From positions 1,088,001 through 1,152,000 of the forward strand of contig CBDCYI010000004.1 of the NCBI GenBank assembly GCA_965224085.1: DNA of 64,000 bases. The letters are read 5' to 3'. The DNA comes from Candidatus Marinacidobacterales bacterium (GTDB lineage Bacteria; Acidobacteriota; Vicinamibacteria; Marinacidobacterales; SMYC01). Positions 47,092 through 57,600 of the stretch are shown piece after piece. Both the position numbers and the translations under genes were made by a program. The notes under the pieces were generated by a model, which saw nothing but the letters and a program-made list of their open reading frames with translations, searched no databases and had not been told where the DNA came from. Position 1 is the first letter of the stretch. Each line of letters opens with the position of its first letter.

Positions 47092-49548
47092 CTAGCCGAT
47101 GGGACTCCCTTGCGGTGTCTTGGGTTTCGTCGAGCCCGGGATCGTCCCCTCCGGCCTGGCTTGCCAGCGGCGGATGTCCTCGAGCGCGAGTTTCCGATGC
47201 GGGCCTGCGCTCGTGTCGCTTTCCAGGCGGTCGGCGAGCTCGTCGAGCTTTGCGCTCAGGATCGCTCGGACCCGAGCGGGGTTGTCGGCGCTACTCCCCT
47301 GGCTCATCACTTCGTCGAGCACGCTGCGCTCCGCCACTTCACGTACTTGCGCGTGATAGCTGTTCGCTGGGCGGGCCGCGTACCAGGTCGCCTCGTAGAG
47401 GCCGTCGACCACTTCGCCGAGCCCCAGGTTGTCCGTGTCGCGGCTGTGGTAGTCCACGAGCCGGGCCATCCGTTCCGGGTGCAGCAGCAGGCTCATCGTG
47501 TAGTCGGCGGAGACGTCGGCGGCCGTCAGCGGATCGAAGAGGAGGCCGGTGTGGCGCGGAAACGGTTCTCCGCCCGCGTATCGGTAGGCCGGCGGTGGGA
47601 TGAGCCCCAATATGTGGTCCGGGATCGCTAGGAACTCCGCGTCGAGTGTCACGAGCACGTTCTCGAGAGCGCGTCTCTGCTCGCCCCCCGGGACGATCGT
47701 CACCGGAGTCTGGTTGTCGCCCCGAACCGCATAATAGTAGTCGGCGCCGCCCACCGTGTTGAGCGCTGATTTCATCTGATAGCGATGATGGAGGTAGAGC
47801 GGGAGCAGTGCTTGCTCGAGCAGAGACATCGGTTCCCCCACGCGAATGACGGAAGGTCCAAAGTTCTCGAGGCCGATGCGGCGTACCTCGATCTCGTGGG
47901 CCAGCGTGTCGACGAGATTCCCTCCGTTGTCCCACACCGATGCAAGTGGGTGTGCGCCCGCGGCTATGAGGTTATCGGTATGGGTCATGAACCGAGTCTC
48001 GCTGCGCAGCCCCGCCTCCACGATGGCGCCGAGCGCTTGTGGCTCGTCGGTTCCTGGGGCGAAGTCGCTGTAGAGCCATCGCACCGACAGTTTGTCGTAC
48101 TCCCCGATCCCGACACCGTAGGCGTCTCCGAGCTCGAGCGCGCCGTCTCGGATTTGTACGAGCGGAGCGGGGTAGTCCATGACGCTCGCGCGGCCGCCAT
48201 AGGTGCTCGCCATGTAGTTGTGGGGAAAACCGAGGGTGTGGCCTACTTCGTGTGCGGAGAGCTGTCGCACGCGGGCGAGCGCCATCTCCACTGGCGTTGC
48301 GCCACCGCCGACTTGAGCGAGGTATTCGAAGCCCGGCGCGGCGCTCAGTGCGCAGCCGTCTAGCGTTCCCGCGTCGGCGAAGGGACCGATCATTCCCTTC
48401 CCCATCAAGTAGTCCTGCCGGAGGCGTAAGCTTCCGAGATTCACGTTCCCTTTGATGATCTCACCCGTGCGCGGGTCCGAGACCGATCCGCCATACGACC
48501 AGCCGCGCGTCGATCGATGCGTCCAGTGGATCATGCTGTAGCGGACGTCCATCGGGTCCGCACCTTCCGGAAGCACTTCCACGCGAAAGGCGTCGATGAA
48601 ACCGGCCGCTTCGAAAGCCTCGTTCCACCACCGCGCGCCGTCGAGAAGTGCTGTGCGGATCGGCTCCGGCACGCCGCGGTCGAGGTAGTACATGATAGGC
48701 TCCACCGCCTCGGATCGGACGGCACTCGGGTCGCGTTTTTCCAACCGGTGCCGCGCCGTCCACCTTACGGTCAGACTTTCATCGATCGGGGTCGCGTAGT
48801 CGTTGAACGTGGGCCCGAAGACGCCGATGCGTGGGTCCGCTACGCGTGGCTGGAAGTTATCGTCGGGAAGCTTTACCAGAGAATGATGCTGGCGGAGCGT
48901 CACCGCTTCACCACTCGCAGCAACCGAGCGGACGAGCGCTCCTGGATCGTCGCTCGTGAAGGTCAGTAGGGTCTCGATCTCCGTATTCTCCGGAAAGGCT
49001 TTCGTCCTAGGCAAGTAAAAGACGCTGCGGCTTCGGTCGAGCTTGTAACTCCCTTGGCCCGCACGCTGGATGCGTCGCGCGGCGCCATGCGTGTCGCGGA
49101 GGAAGAAGTCTGTGGCGTCGACGAGCACGCTTGCTCCCGTCTCGGCCTCGACTTCGAAGCCCCAATGCACCGAAGGCGCGAAGGCGTCCCGCACCGCGGC
49201 TACCTCGTCCGGGTTGTCACTGCGGGCACGGTAGCCGTAGTTCGGCTCCATCAGCAGCACCCGAGGGCCCACCCGCATCGCTTTGAGGACGTAGGCGCCT
49301 CCGAGCTGGCCGCGGTCGAGCCCGACAGGGTTACTTCCGAGCCCCGAGCTCAACGAGACCGAGTAGAGAAACTCGGTGTCGAGCTCGTCGATCTCCCAAT
49401 AGAGCTTGCCGGTCTCGTCATCCCAATAGATGTCGAAGAATCCTTCTAGCCGTTCCATCTCCGCGGTCTTATCCGCGATCGACGGTGTGTCCTCCTGAGC
49501 GTTCGCTGTACAAGCGACGAGTAGGATCAACCATCTTGCTGCTTTCAT
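47092..49548 (-). CDS. secreted zinc-dependent metalloprotease (Met-zincin)
   Basis: Signal peptide, PRVADPRIG, WNEAFEAAGF, HEVGHTLGFPHN and Met-turn SVMDY. Confidence 0.92.
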   Translation of the reverse strand: MKAARWLILLVACTANAQEDTPSIADKTAEMERLEGFFDIYWDDETGKLYWEIDELDTEFLYSVSLSSGLGSNPVGLDRGQLGGAYVLKAMRVGPRVLLMEPNYGYRARSDNPDEVAAVRDAFAPSVHWGFEVEAETGASVLVDATDFFLRDTHGAARRIQRAGQGSYKLDRSRSVFYLPRTKAFPENTEIETLLTFTSDDPGALVRSVAASGEAVTLRQHHSLVKLPDDNFQPRVADPRIGVFGPTFNDYATPIDESLTVRWTARHRLEKRDPSAVRSEAVEPIMYYLDRGVPEPIRTALLDGARWWNEAFEAAGFIDAFRVEVLPEGADPMDVRYSMIHWTHRSTRGWSYGGSVSDPRTGEIIKGNVNLGSLRLRQDYLMGKGMIGPFADAGTLDGCALSAAPGFEYLAQVGGGATPVEMALARVRQLSAHEVGHTLGFPHNYMASTYGGRASVMDYPAPLVQIRDGALELGDAYGVGIGEYDKLSVRWLYSDFAPGTDEPQALGAIVEAGLRSETRFMTHTDNLIAAGAHPLASVWDNGGNLVDTLAHEIEVRRIGLENFGPSVIRVGEPMSLLEQALLPLYLHHRYQMKSALNTVGGADYYYAVRGDNQTPVTIVPGGEQRRALENVLVTLDAEFLAIPDHILGLIPPPAYRYAGGEPFPRHTGLLFDPLTAADVSADYTMSLLLHPERMARLVDYHSRDTDNLGLGEVVDGLYEATWYAARPANSYHAQVREVAERSVLDEVMSQGSSADNPARVRAILSAKLDELADRLESDTSAGPHRKLALEDIRRWQARPEGTIPGSTKPKTPQGSPIG

Positions 49549-49582
49549 AGATCCATTACCTCCGAACAGTGAAACTATTGTA

Positions 49583-50521
49583 TTAACGCGACTTGTTCAA
49601 AAAGCCGAGAAACTCCGAGCTGCTGCTGAGCAGAAGGGTTACGTCCTCGTCCAGGCTCGTGCGATAGGTCTCCAGCGTCTTCAAGAACTGATAGAAGTCA
49701 GCGTCCTTGCTGTAGGCCCGGCCGTAAATGCCCGTCGCTGCCGCGTCGGCATTGCCGCGGGTCTCTTCGGCCGTTCGGAACGCTGCCGACTCGATACGCT
49801 GCAGGTCCCGGTCTTTCTGGCCACGAATCTCCGCAGAACGTCCGAGTCCTTCAGAGCGGCTGCGCTCGGCGATGCGTTTGCGCTCGGAGATCATGCGCTG
49901 ATAGACGGACTCGCGCACTTCCTCCGTATAGTTGATCCGCTTGAACTGCACGTCCACGAGCTCGATGCCGAGGGTCGCCACGGCCACCGAGGCGCTCTCG
50001 AGAACGCTTCGTGTGATCTCGTCACGGCCGCTCTGAATCTGCGTCGGAGCCTCCTGCTCGAGCATGCCGAGAAGCACTTCGGTCACCTCGAACTCGCGAT
50101 CGGTCGCGCGCACGATCTCGATGAGGTCGAAGCTTGCGACAGCGTTTCGCGTTTCGCCGTCGATGATGTCGTCGATTCGGGTTTGGGCCTGCTGTTCGTT
50201 CGTGACCGACACGAAGAACTGCAGCGGGTCCTCGATACGCCATCGGGCATAGGTGTCGACCCAGATGAATTTCTTGTCCTTGGTCGGGATTTGGTTGGCG
50301 TCACCGTCCCACGGGAGCCAGCGTTTGTCGAAGCGGTGCACTTCTTGGAAGGGCCACGGAAGCTTCATGTGCAGCCCCGCGTCCTGAACCGCGTCGCCGA
50401 CCGGTTCTCCGAATTGGGTGATGATCGCTTGCTCGGTCTCGTTCAACGTGTAGAGGCTGGTGGCGAAAAAGGCCCCCGCGACGATCAGTAGTCCGGTGAA
50501 GAGCGTGCGGCTCGCGTTCAT
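49583..50521 (-). CDS. hflC: FtsH protease modulator HflC
   Basis: EQAIITQFG, TKDKKFI.VD.YARWRI.DP, RMISERKRIA and DADFYQF.KTLE.Y; downstream of hflK. Confidence 0.95.
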   Translation of the reverse strand: MNASRTLFTGLLIVAGAFFATSLYTLNETEQAIITQFGEPVGDAVQDAGLHMKLPWPFQEVHRFDKRWLPWDGDANQIPTKDKKFIWVDTYARWRIEDPLQFFVSVTNEQQAQTRIDDIIDGETRNAVASFDLIEIVRATDREFEVTEVLLGMLEQEAPTQIQSGRDEITRSVLESASVAVATLGIELVDVQFKRINYTEEVRESVYQRMISERKRIAERSRSEGLGRSAEIRGQKDRDLQRIESAAFRTAEETRGNADAAATGIYGRAYSKDADFYQFLKTLETYRTSLDEDVTLLLSSSSEFLGFLNKSR

Positions 50522-51522
50522 TGCTGTCCTCCTTGGGTTAGATTCATCAACGGGAGCACCGAGGCGCCATCTTCGTCGACGATCACTTTCTTGCCGACAC
50601 GGGGCAGAACTTCGTTGAGCATCTCCAGGTACATGCGGGTGCGAGTGACGCGCGGTGCTTTGCGGTACTCCGCATAAATGGAATCGAAGCGGGTGGCTTC
50701 ACCTTCGGCGCGGTTCACGCGGGCGGTCGCATAGCCTTCCGCTTCCTGGATCAGCTGGAGCGCCTCGCCTTCGGCTTTCGGGATCGCTTGGTTGAACTCG
50801 GTGCGTGCTTCGTTGATGAGCTGCTCGCGCTCCTGGATGGCTTGGTTGACCTCGTTGAACGAAGGCTTCACGGCGTCGGGCGGGTTCACGTCCTGGAGCA
50901 CGACCTGCTGGACGTCGATGCCGATCCCGTAGGTGTCGCTGAGCTGCTGCAGGATTTCCTTGGCCTGGTCGGCGATGCTGGCGCGGCCGGTCGTAATGAC
51001 TTCGTCCACGCTGTGGTCGCCCACGACTTGGCGCATCGCCGCTTCGGTCATGTCGCGAAAGCTCGACTCGGGCGAGCGCACATTGAACAGAAACGCGCGC
51101 GGGTCCTTGATCCTGTACTGCACGATCCACTCGACGACGGCAACGTTCAAATCGCCCGTGAGCATCAAAGATTCGTCCTCGAAGCCCCGGTCGATATATT
51201 GGGTCCGGACGCCGGCCTCGGCCGTACGGAAGCCGAACTCCTCCTTGAGCTGGCGCTGGACCGGCACCTTGATCACGTCGTCCACGAACGGGACGAGGAA
51301 GTGCAGCCCCGGTCCCGTTTCCGATGAGTAGCGCCCGAATCGGAGCACGACGCCCCTCTCATCCGGGTCGATTTGGTAGACCGAGCTGAACGCGGCTACC
51401 GCAACAACGAGACCGACAAGGATCGCGATCGCGTTCTTCGGTACGAACTTGGGCATGTTGATCTGCGGCATTTTGGACGCGTCAAAATCAAACGGGCCCT
51501 TACCACTACCTCCAAAAGACAT
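50518..51522 (-). CDS. hflK: FtsH protease modulator HflK
   Basis: ERGVVLRFG, MLTGD, QDVNPP, AEGYA..VNRAEGEA.RF and APRVTRTRMYLE. ATG 51522 with RBS GGAGG. Confidence 0.95.
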   Translation of the reverse strand: MSFGGSGKGPFDFDASKMPQINMPKFVPKNAIAILVGLVVAVAAFSSVYQIDPDERGVVLRFGRYSSETGPGLHFLVPFVDDVIKVPVQRQLKEEFGFRTAEAGVRTQYIDRGFEDESLMLTGDLNVAVVEWIVQYRIKDPRAFLFNVRSPESSFRDMTEAAMRQVVGDHSVDEVITTGRASIADQAKEILQQLSDTYGIGIDVQQVVLQDVNPPDAVKPSFNEVNQAIQEREQLINEARTEFNQAIPKAEGEALQLIQEAEGYATARVNRAEGEATRFDSIYAEYRKAPRVTRTRMYLEMLNEVLPRVGKKVIVDEDGASVLPLMNLTQGGQQ

Positions 51523-51778
51523 ATGTGACCTCCTCGGCAGAGAGTATCGCTTATAATCACGATACGCTATGAGCTTCGGAGACGACTTCAAGAATGCCGA
51601 CGACCCTCAGTGCAAAGAATTGTGCGTTTTTCACGCCCTTACGAGCGCGACGGCCGCATATGCCGGTACCTTGTAACCTGAATCCACCGCAAGTGGTCTC
51701 GCACGAGGGCGAGCTTCATTATGTATTCCCTGCGGTAGCAGCCGGCTGGTATTGCGGTCACTTCTCTCCGAAGCGCTG

Positions 51779-54661
51779 ATGGATATCCCTACTCGTTACG
51801 ACTTCACGAGCACCGAAAAACGCATTTACAACCTGTGGCGTGAGAAAAAGTGCTTCGACAGCGTCTACGATCCCGACGGTAAGCCGCGCTCCGAGACCGA
51901 GGCAAACAAACCCCGTTTCACGATCGCGATCCCGCCGCCGAACGTCACCGGGCGGCTCCATATGGGGCACGCGCTCAACAACACGATCCAGGACGTGTTG
52001 ATCCGCTTCAAGCGGATGGACGGCTACGACGCCCTGTGGGTCCCAGGAACGGATCACGCCGGCATCTCGACCCAGACGGTGGTGCGCAAACATCTAGACG
52101 CGCAAGGCGTCGACTACCGCGAGCTCGGCCGCGAGAAGTTCATCGAGAAAGTCTGGGAGTGGAAAAAAAAGTACGGCGATTTCATTCTTCGTCAGCTGGA
52201 GAGACTCGGAAGCTCGTGCGACTGGAGCCGCATTTGTTTCACGATGGATGACGGTCCATCCCGCGGCGTGCGTACCGTTTTCAAAGCGCTCTACGATCGC
52301 GGGTTGATTTACCGGGGCAAGCGGATCGTGAACTGGTGCCCAGTCGATCAAACCGCTCTCTCGGACGACGAAGTCAACACGAAAGACGGCGGCGAAGCCG
52401 GACACTTGTGGCACATTCGCTATCCGCTGGTGGAGCCGGCCTCTGATGTGACCCATGTGAGTGTCGCGACCACCCGTCCCGAGACGCTGTTCGGGGACGT
52501 TGCGGTCGCGGTGCATCCGGAAGACGAGCGGTTTCGCGGACTCGTGGGAAAGCAAGTCCGGCTGCCGCTCCAAGGGCGGCTCATCCCGATCGTCGCGGAC
52601 GATTACGTCGACCGCGAGTTTGGCACGGGTTGCCTCAAGATTACTCCGGCGCATGACGCGAACGACTTCGAGGTCGGCCAGCGCCACGCGCTCGAGCCCA
52701 TCAACGTCATGAACCCCGACGCCACGATGAACGATGTCGTGCCCGAGCGGTTTCGCGGGCTCGACCGCTACAAAGCGCGCGACGAGACGGTGAAGGCCCT
52801 GGAAGAAGAAGGGCTGCTCGAAACGATCGAAGATCGCATGGTGCCCATCGGACGAGCGCAGCGTTCCGGGGCGGCCATCGAGTACCGGCTCTCCGACCAG
52901 TGGTATGTTCGCATGAAGCCTCTCGCCGCGAGAGCGCTCGAGGCGAGCGGCTATCGGCTCGAGACCGAGAATGAGGAAGCGACGTGGGAGAAGACAGCGA
53001 CGAGCGCGCTCTTCTTCCATCCGCCGCGCTGGGAGAAGATCTATTACGCGTGGCTCACGAGCATCCGGGACTGGACGATCAGCCGTCAAATCTGGTGGGG
53101 GCATCGCATCCCGGCCTGGTATCACAAGGACTCGGGCGAGATCCTCGTGGATGTCGATACACCGGACGCCGTGAAGAAAGACCCAGATTCGTGGGAGCAA
53201 GACCCGGACGTGCTCGATACGTGGTTCAGCTCCTGGCTTTGGCCGATGACGACGCTCGGCTGGCCGGACAAGAGCCCCGATTTCGAGCGCTATTACCCGA
53301 CGAGCGTTTTGTCGACGAGCAAGGACATCATCTTCTTTTGGGTCGCACGCATGAACTTTGCGGGCCTCGAGATGGCGGACGAGCTTCCTTATCGTGACGT
53401 CTACATCCATCCAACCGTGCTCGACGATCGTGGCGCGGTCATGAGCAAGAGCAAAGGCAACGGCATCGACCCGCTTGCCGTCATCGAAGGCGCGAGCCTC
53501 GAGGATCTCAAAGGGCCTATCTTCGAAGCGCGACCCGCGAACATGAAAGAGCTCATCGCGCGCGTCGAGAAACTTTTTCCAAATGGGTTCGAAGCGGTGG
53601 GCGCTGATGCGCTGCGCTTCACGCTCGTCCACTCGTGCTCCGAAGGCCAGGAGCTGCGGCTCTCGCTGCAGCGGTTCAACGAGATCGGACGCCGCTTCGT
53701 GACCAAGCTCTGGAACGCGAGCCGGTTCGTGCTCTTGGCGCTCGACGACGTCCCAGGTCCTGATGTCCCTGATGTGCCTGATGTAGATGTCGCGGAGCCG
53801 ACCGTCGAAGATCGCTGGATTGGCTCGCGCACAGCGTCGACGGTGCGGCAGGTGCGTCGGGCGCTCGAAAGTTACGATTTTGCGCCCGTCGGCCACACGC
53901 TGTACCGCTTCGTCTGGAACGACTATTGCGACTGGTACCTGGAGCTCACCAAAGCGCGCATGACGGGCGACGACCCGAAGGCCGCGCGCCGCGCTGCGCA
54001 CGTGCTCGGCATAACGCTCGCAGAGATCCTGCGCATGCTGCATCCAGTGGCGCCCTTCATCACCGAAGAGCTTTGGGGAAAGCTTCTCGAAGCGATGGAC
54101 GCGAAGCACCTGTGGCTCGGTCGGCGGCCACAATCTGAGCTTCTCATCTTTGAGACAGCGCCGAAGGGTGAACGCGAGCCCGACGGGGCGCTCGAAGACG
54201 CTTTCGCGTCGCTCCAACGTCTCGTTTCTGGGGTGCGTACGAGCCGCGCCCATGCTCGCATCTCGGAGAACGTGCGTCTCACGGCAGCAGTCAAGCCGCT
54301 CGCAGACGGCTTCGAGGACCTCGTCGAGACGACGGCGCCTGTCTTGAGCCGTTTGGCGAATCTGGGGTCGTTGACGCTCGCAAGTAAAAAGCCTCCTGGA
54401 AGCGTCGGGATCGTCGACCCAGCATTCGAGCTCTACGTCGCGCTAGGCGAGCACGTGGACATCGAGGCCGAGCTCAAGCGCATCGAGCAGGAGATGGCCG
54501 GTATCCACAAGAAGCTGTCGCAAGTCTCGAAGAAGCTCGAGAACCCCAAATTCCTGGCCGGGGCCAAGCCAGAGGTTGTCGCCGAGCAAAAGGCGAAGCA
54601 CCATGAGCTGTGCGACATGCTCGAAAAGCTCGAAGCGATGAAGAAGGACTACGCCGGCTAG
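51779..54661 (+). CDS. valS: valine--tRNA ligase
   Basis: IPPPNVTGRLHMGHAL, GTDHAGI, ATTRPET, ITPAHD, ISRQIWWGH, VMSKS and C-terminal coiled coil. Confidence 0.97.
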   Translation: MDIPTRYDFTSTEKRIYNLWREKKCFDSVYDPDGKPRSETEANKPRFTIAIPPPNVTGRLHMGHALNNTIQDVLIRFKRMDGYDALWVPGTDHAGISTQTVVRKHLDAQGVDYRELGREKFIEKVWEWKKKYGDFILRQLERLGSSCDWSRICFTMDDGPSRGVRTVFKALYDRGLIYRGKRIVNWCPVDQTALSDDEVNTKDGGEAGHLWHIRYPLVEPASDVTHVSVATTRPETLFGDVAVAVHPEDERFRGLVGKQVRLPLQGRLIPIVADDYVDREFGTGCLKITPAHDANDFEVGQRHALEPINVMNPDATMNDVVPERFRGLDRYKARDETVKALEEEGLLETIEDRMVPIGRAQRSGAAIEYRLSDQWYVRMKPLAARALEASGYRLETENEEATWEKTATSALFFHPPRWEKIYYAWLTSIRDWTISRQIWWGHRIPAWYHKDSGEILVDVDTPDAVKKDPDSWEQDPDVLDTWFSSWLWPMTTLGWPDKSPDFERYYPTSVLSTSKDIIFFWVARMNFAGLEMADELPYRDVYIHPTVLDDRGAVMSKSKGNGIDPLAVIEGASLEDLKGPIFEARPANMKELIARVEKLFPNGFEAVGADALRFTLVHSCSEGQELRLSLQRFNEIGRRFVTKLWNASRFVLLALDDVPGPDVPDVPDVDVAEPTVEDRWIGSRTASTVRQVRRALESYDFAPVGHTLYRFVWNDYCDWYLELTKARMTGDDPKAARRAAHVLGITLAEILRMLHPVAPFITEELWGKLLEAMDAKHLWLGRRPQSELLIFETAPKGEREPDGALEDAFASLQRLVSGVRTSRAHARISENVRLTAAVKPLADGFEDLVETTAPVLSRLANLGSLTLASKKPPGSVGIVDPAFELYVALGEHVDIEAELKRIEQEMAGIHKKLSQVSKKLENPKFLAGAKPEVVAEQKAKHHELCDMLEKLEAMKKDYAG

Positions 54662-54669
54662 TCCCTGGG

Positions 54670-57600
54670 TCAGGCTTTACTCAGCCAAATCGTCATTTTT
54701 TCACCGTCTATCTCGACCTCGCGCGCCGTGCCGTCCTCGAGCGCATCCTCTAGGTCGACGCAGAGGGTCTCCTCGAGGAAGTGCTCGCGACGGCTGTCGA
54801 CGATCGCGCCGAACGCGTCGGGCCCATCGAGCGCGAGCCGGATGCGCTGCGTGTATTCGAGGCCGAGGGTCTTCCTGAACGCTTGGATGCGGCTCAAGAG
54901 CTCGCGATACTTCCCTTCCTCGAGAAGCTCCGGCGTGAGCTCGGTGGCGAGGACGACGACCGCCGCCTGGTCAGAAGCGGCGGCGTAGCCTGCCTTCGCT
55001 TGCACCCCGACTTCGATGTCCTCGAGGTCGAGGCTCAACGTCTCGCCGTCCACGAGGATCTCCGCTTTCCCCGTCTCGACAATGGCCGCGCGAAGGGCGC
55101 TTCCATTCGCGGCGGCGAGCGCCGCTTTCACCGCAGGCATCTTTTTTCCGACCTTAGGGCCGAGCTTCCGGAAATTAGGCTTGACGAGATATTCGACGTG
55201 CTCTTCGGCGCCGTGGACGAAAACGACTTTCTGCACGTTTAGCTCTTCGGCGATGAGCTCGCCATAGACGCGAATGCGCTCGTCGAGCTCGGGACGGGAC
55301 AGTGTGACCTCGGCTTTGAGAAGCGGTTGTCGCACTTTGAGCCTGTTATCCGTCCGCACGCGCAGGCCGAGCGAGACGATGCTGCGTACAACCGCCATGT
55401 CTTCGTTCAACAGGGCGTCCACACGCGCGCTGTCGGGCTTCGGGTAATCGCAGAGATGAACGCTCTCGGGCGCATCTTCCTCAAACGGCCCGAACGGGCC
55501 ACGCACGAGGTTTTGGTAGATCTCCTCCGTCATGAAGGGGACGAACGGCGCGGCGAGCTTCGTCACCGTTACAAGCGCTTCGTAGAGCGTCGCGTAGGCG
55601 TCGATTTTGTCGTCGTTGCGCTCCGACCCCCAGAACCGGATCCGGCTTCGGCGGAGATACCAGTTCGAGAGCGCATCGACGAAATCCGTGAGCTCGCGCG
55701 CGGCTTCATAAGCGCGGTAGGCGTCGAGGTGCTCGATCAAGCTCGCGTTCAGCTTGGCGAGCTCGGAGAGGATGAAGCGGTCCAGAAGCGCGCGCTCGGC
55801 GACCGGCCTTCCCTTTTCTTTCGTGGGATCGAAGCCGTCGATGTCAGCGTAGATCGTGAAGAAGCTGTAAACGTTTCGGAGCTTGATCGGGAACTCTTTT
55901 TGCGAGGCGCGCACGTTTCCGAGCGAGTGCCGCTTCGAGCCCCACGGCGGATTGGTCGCGAGAAAGAACCAGCGAAAGGCGTCCGCTCCCGGCGCCGGCG
56001 TATCGGGGTCTTCGAGCGTGACCTTCTGGTTCCCGGGAAGGCGCGGCACGTCTGCAGGTAGCATCGCGAGGCCCCGCTCTGCCGCGAAGACGCCGAGCTT
56101 GTTCCGGACGTCGTCGGGGAGCACGACGACACGACGCGGGAGTCCTTTCGCGGCCTCGAGACGCAATTCGATGCCCCCCACGACAACGGCGACTCCCGGG
56201 TCGAGGTCGAGCCCTTCGAGGTCTTCGTGCGCGATGAGCGCCACCCCGTCTTTCGCCTGGACTTTTGTCGCGTCGATGACGGCGAAGTCCATCGCCACCT
56301 TCTCCAAGATGACTTCGGGCGGCGTGTAGTTGCCCTTGGACTTAGATTCTTTCTTGCCTTCCTTGTCGCTGACGTGGCCGAGCACGATGCACGTCTTGTA
56401 CGGGTGCGGGTAGTCGTGCTCGAAGACCAGCGTCGAGATCATCAACATCGAGTAGAACCAGCCGCGTGTTTGGTCGATCGCTTCGACGATGTAATCTGCG
56501 GGAAACGTCTCCTTGAACTTCTCGTGGCCATGGTGCGGGTAAGCCCACTGCGCGAAAGGCATGCTTCCGGAGTCGAACCAGCAGTCGATGACTTCCGGCA
56601 CGCGCCGATAGACCCCTTCTTCGTTGGGCTCGGTGAAGGTCACATCGTCGATCCACGGCTTGTGGACGAGAAGATGCTCCGACAGGTCGGGATTTTTCTT
56701 CTTCGCCTCTTGAAACGATCGGAACGCGTCGGGGTTCTTCTTCAGGATCTCGTCGACCGAAGTCGGGGCGACCATCTTGCCTGTGACGTCGTTGACCCAG
56801 ATGTTGAGCGGGGTTCCCCAGTAGCGCTCGCGCGAGAGCGCCCAATCGACGTTGTTCGCGAGAAAATCGCCGAAGCGGCCTTCTTTGATGTGGTCGGGGA
56901 CCCAGTTCACGGCGCGGTTATTCGCGATGGCGCGGTCGATGAGCGCCGTCGTGCGGATGAACCACGCGGGCCGGGCGAACTGGATGAGCGGATCGTCGTC
57001 GGCGCGCCAACAGAACGGATATTCGTGGCGCAGGGTCTCGTGATGGACGAGGGTTCCCCGCTCCTTGAGCGTCCGGATAATCTGCTTGTCCGCGTCCTTG
57101 ACCCATAGACCTGTGAGCGACGGAACTTCGGCGGTGAACTTCCCGTCGGAACCGATGGCACACAGAAGGGGCACCGCGTCGGGGTCTTCGTAGCCGGCGA
57201 CGATCGTCCGATGGAGGTTGTGGTCGACCTCACCGAACGCGGGGGCTTCGTGCACGAGGCCCGTTCCTTGATCGAGCTCGACGAAATCCGCGGCCAGCAC
57301 TTTCCAGAACATCGGGACTGTGCCAGATTGCTTGGAAACGACTTCCGTAGTGCCGTAGCGCGCGTAATAGTCGTCGAACGGAGGCAGGTAGCGCTTGCCG
57401 ACGAGGACCTTGCCTTTGAGCTCACGGACCACGGGAAGATCCCGCCCGAGCTTAGCCGCGATGGACTCGCGAAGAGCGGAGGCGACGATGAACTTTCGGG
57501 CCTCATCCTGGACGACGACGTAATCGATGTCGGGCTTCACAGCAGCGTATATGTTTGACGGGAGCGTCCACGGGGTCGTCGTCCAGACGAGGAGCGAGGT

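Noticed and set aside
51523-51778. T-box leader upstream of valS
   Set aside because: No GGTGG-ACCGCG T-box motif or terminator/antiterminator pair was found.
53759-53785. 9-bp tandem repeat (CCTGATGTN x3) in valS
   Set aside because: An in-frame PDV expansion in a variable linker; ordinary slippage.
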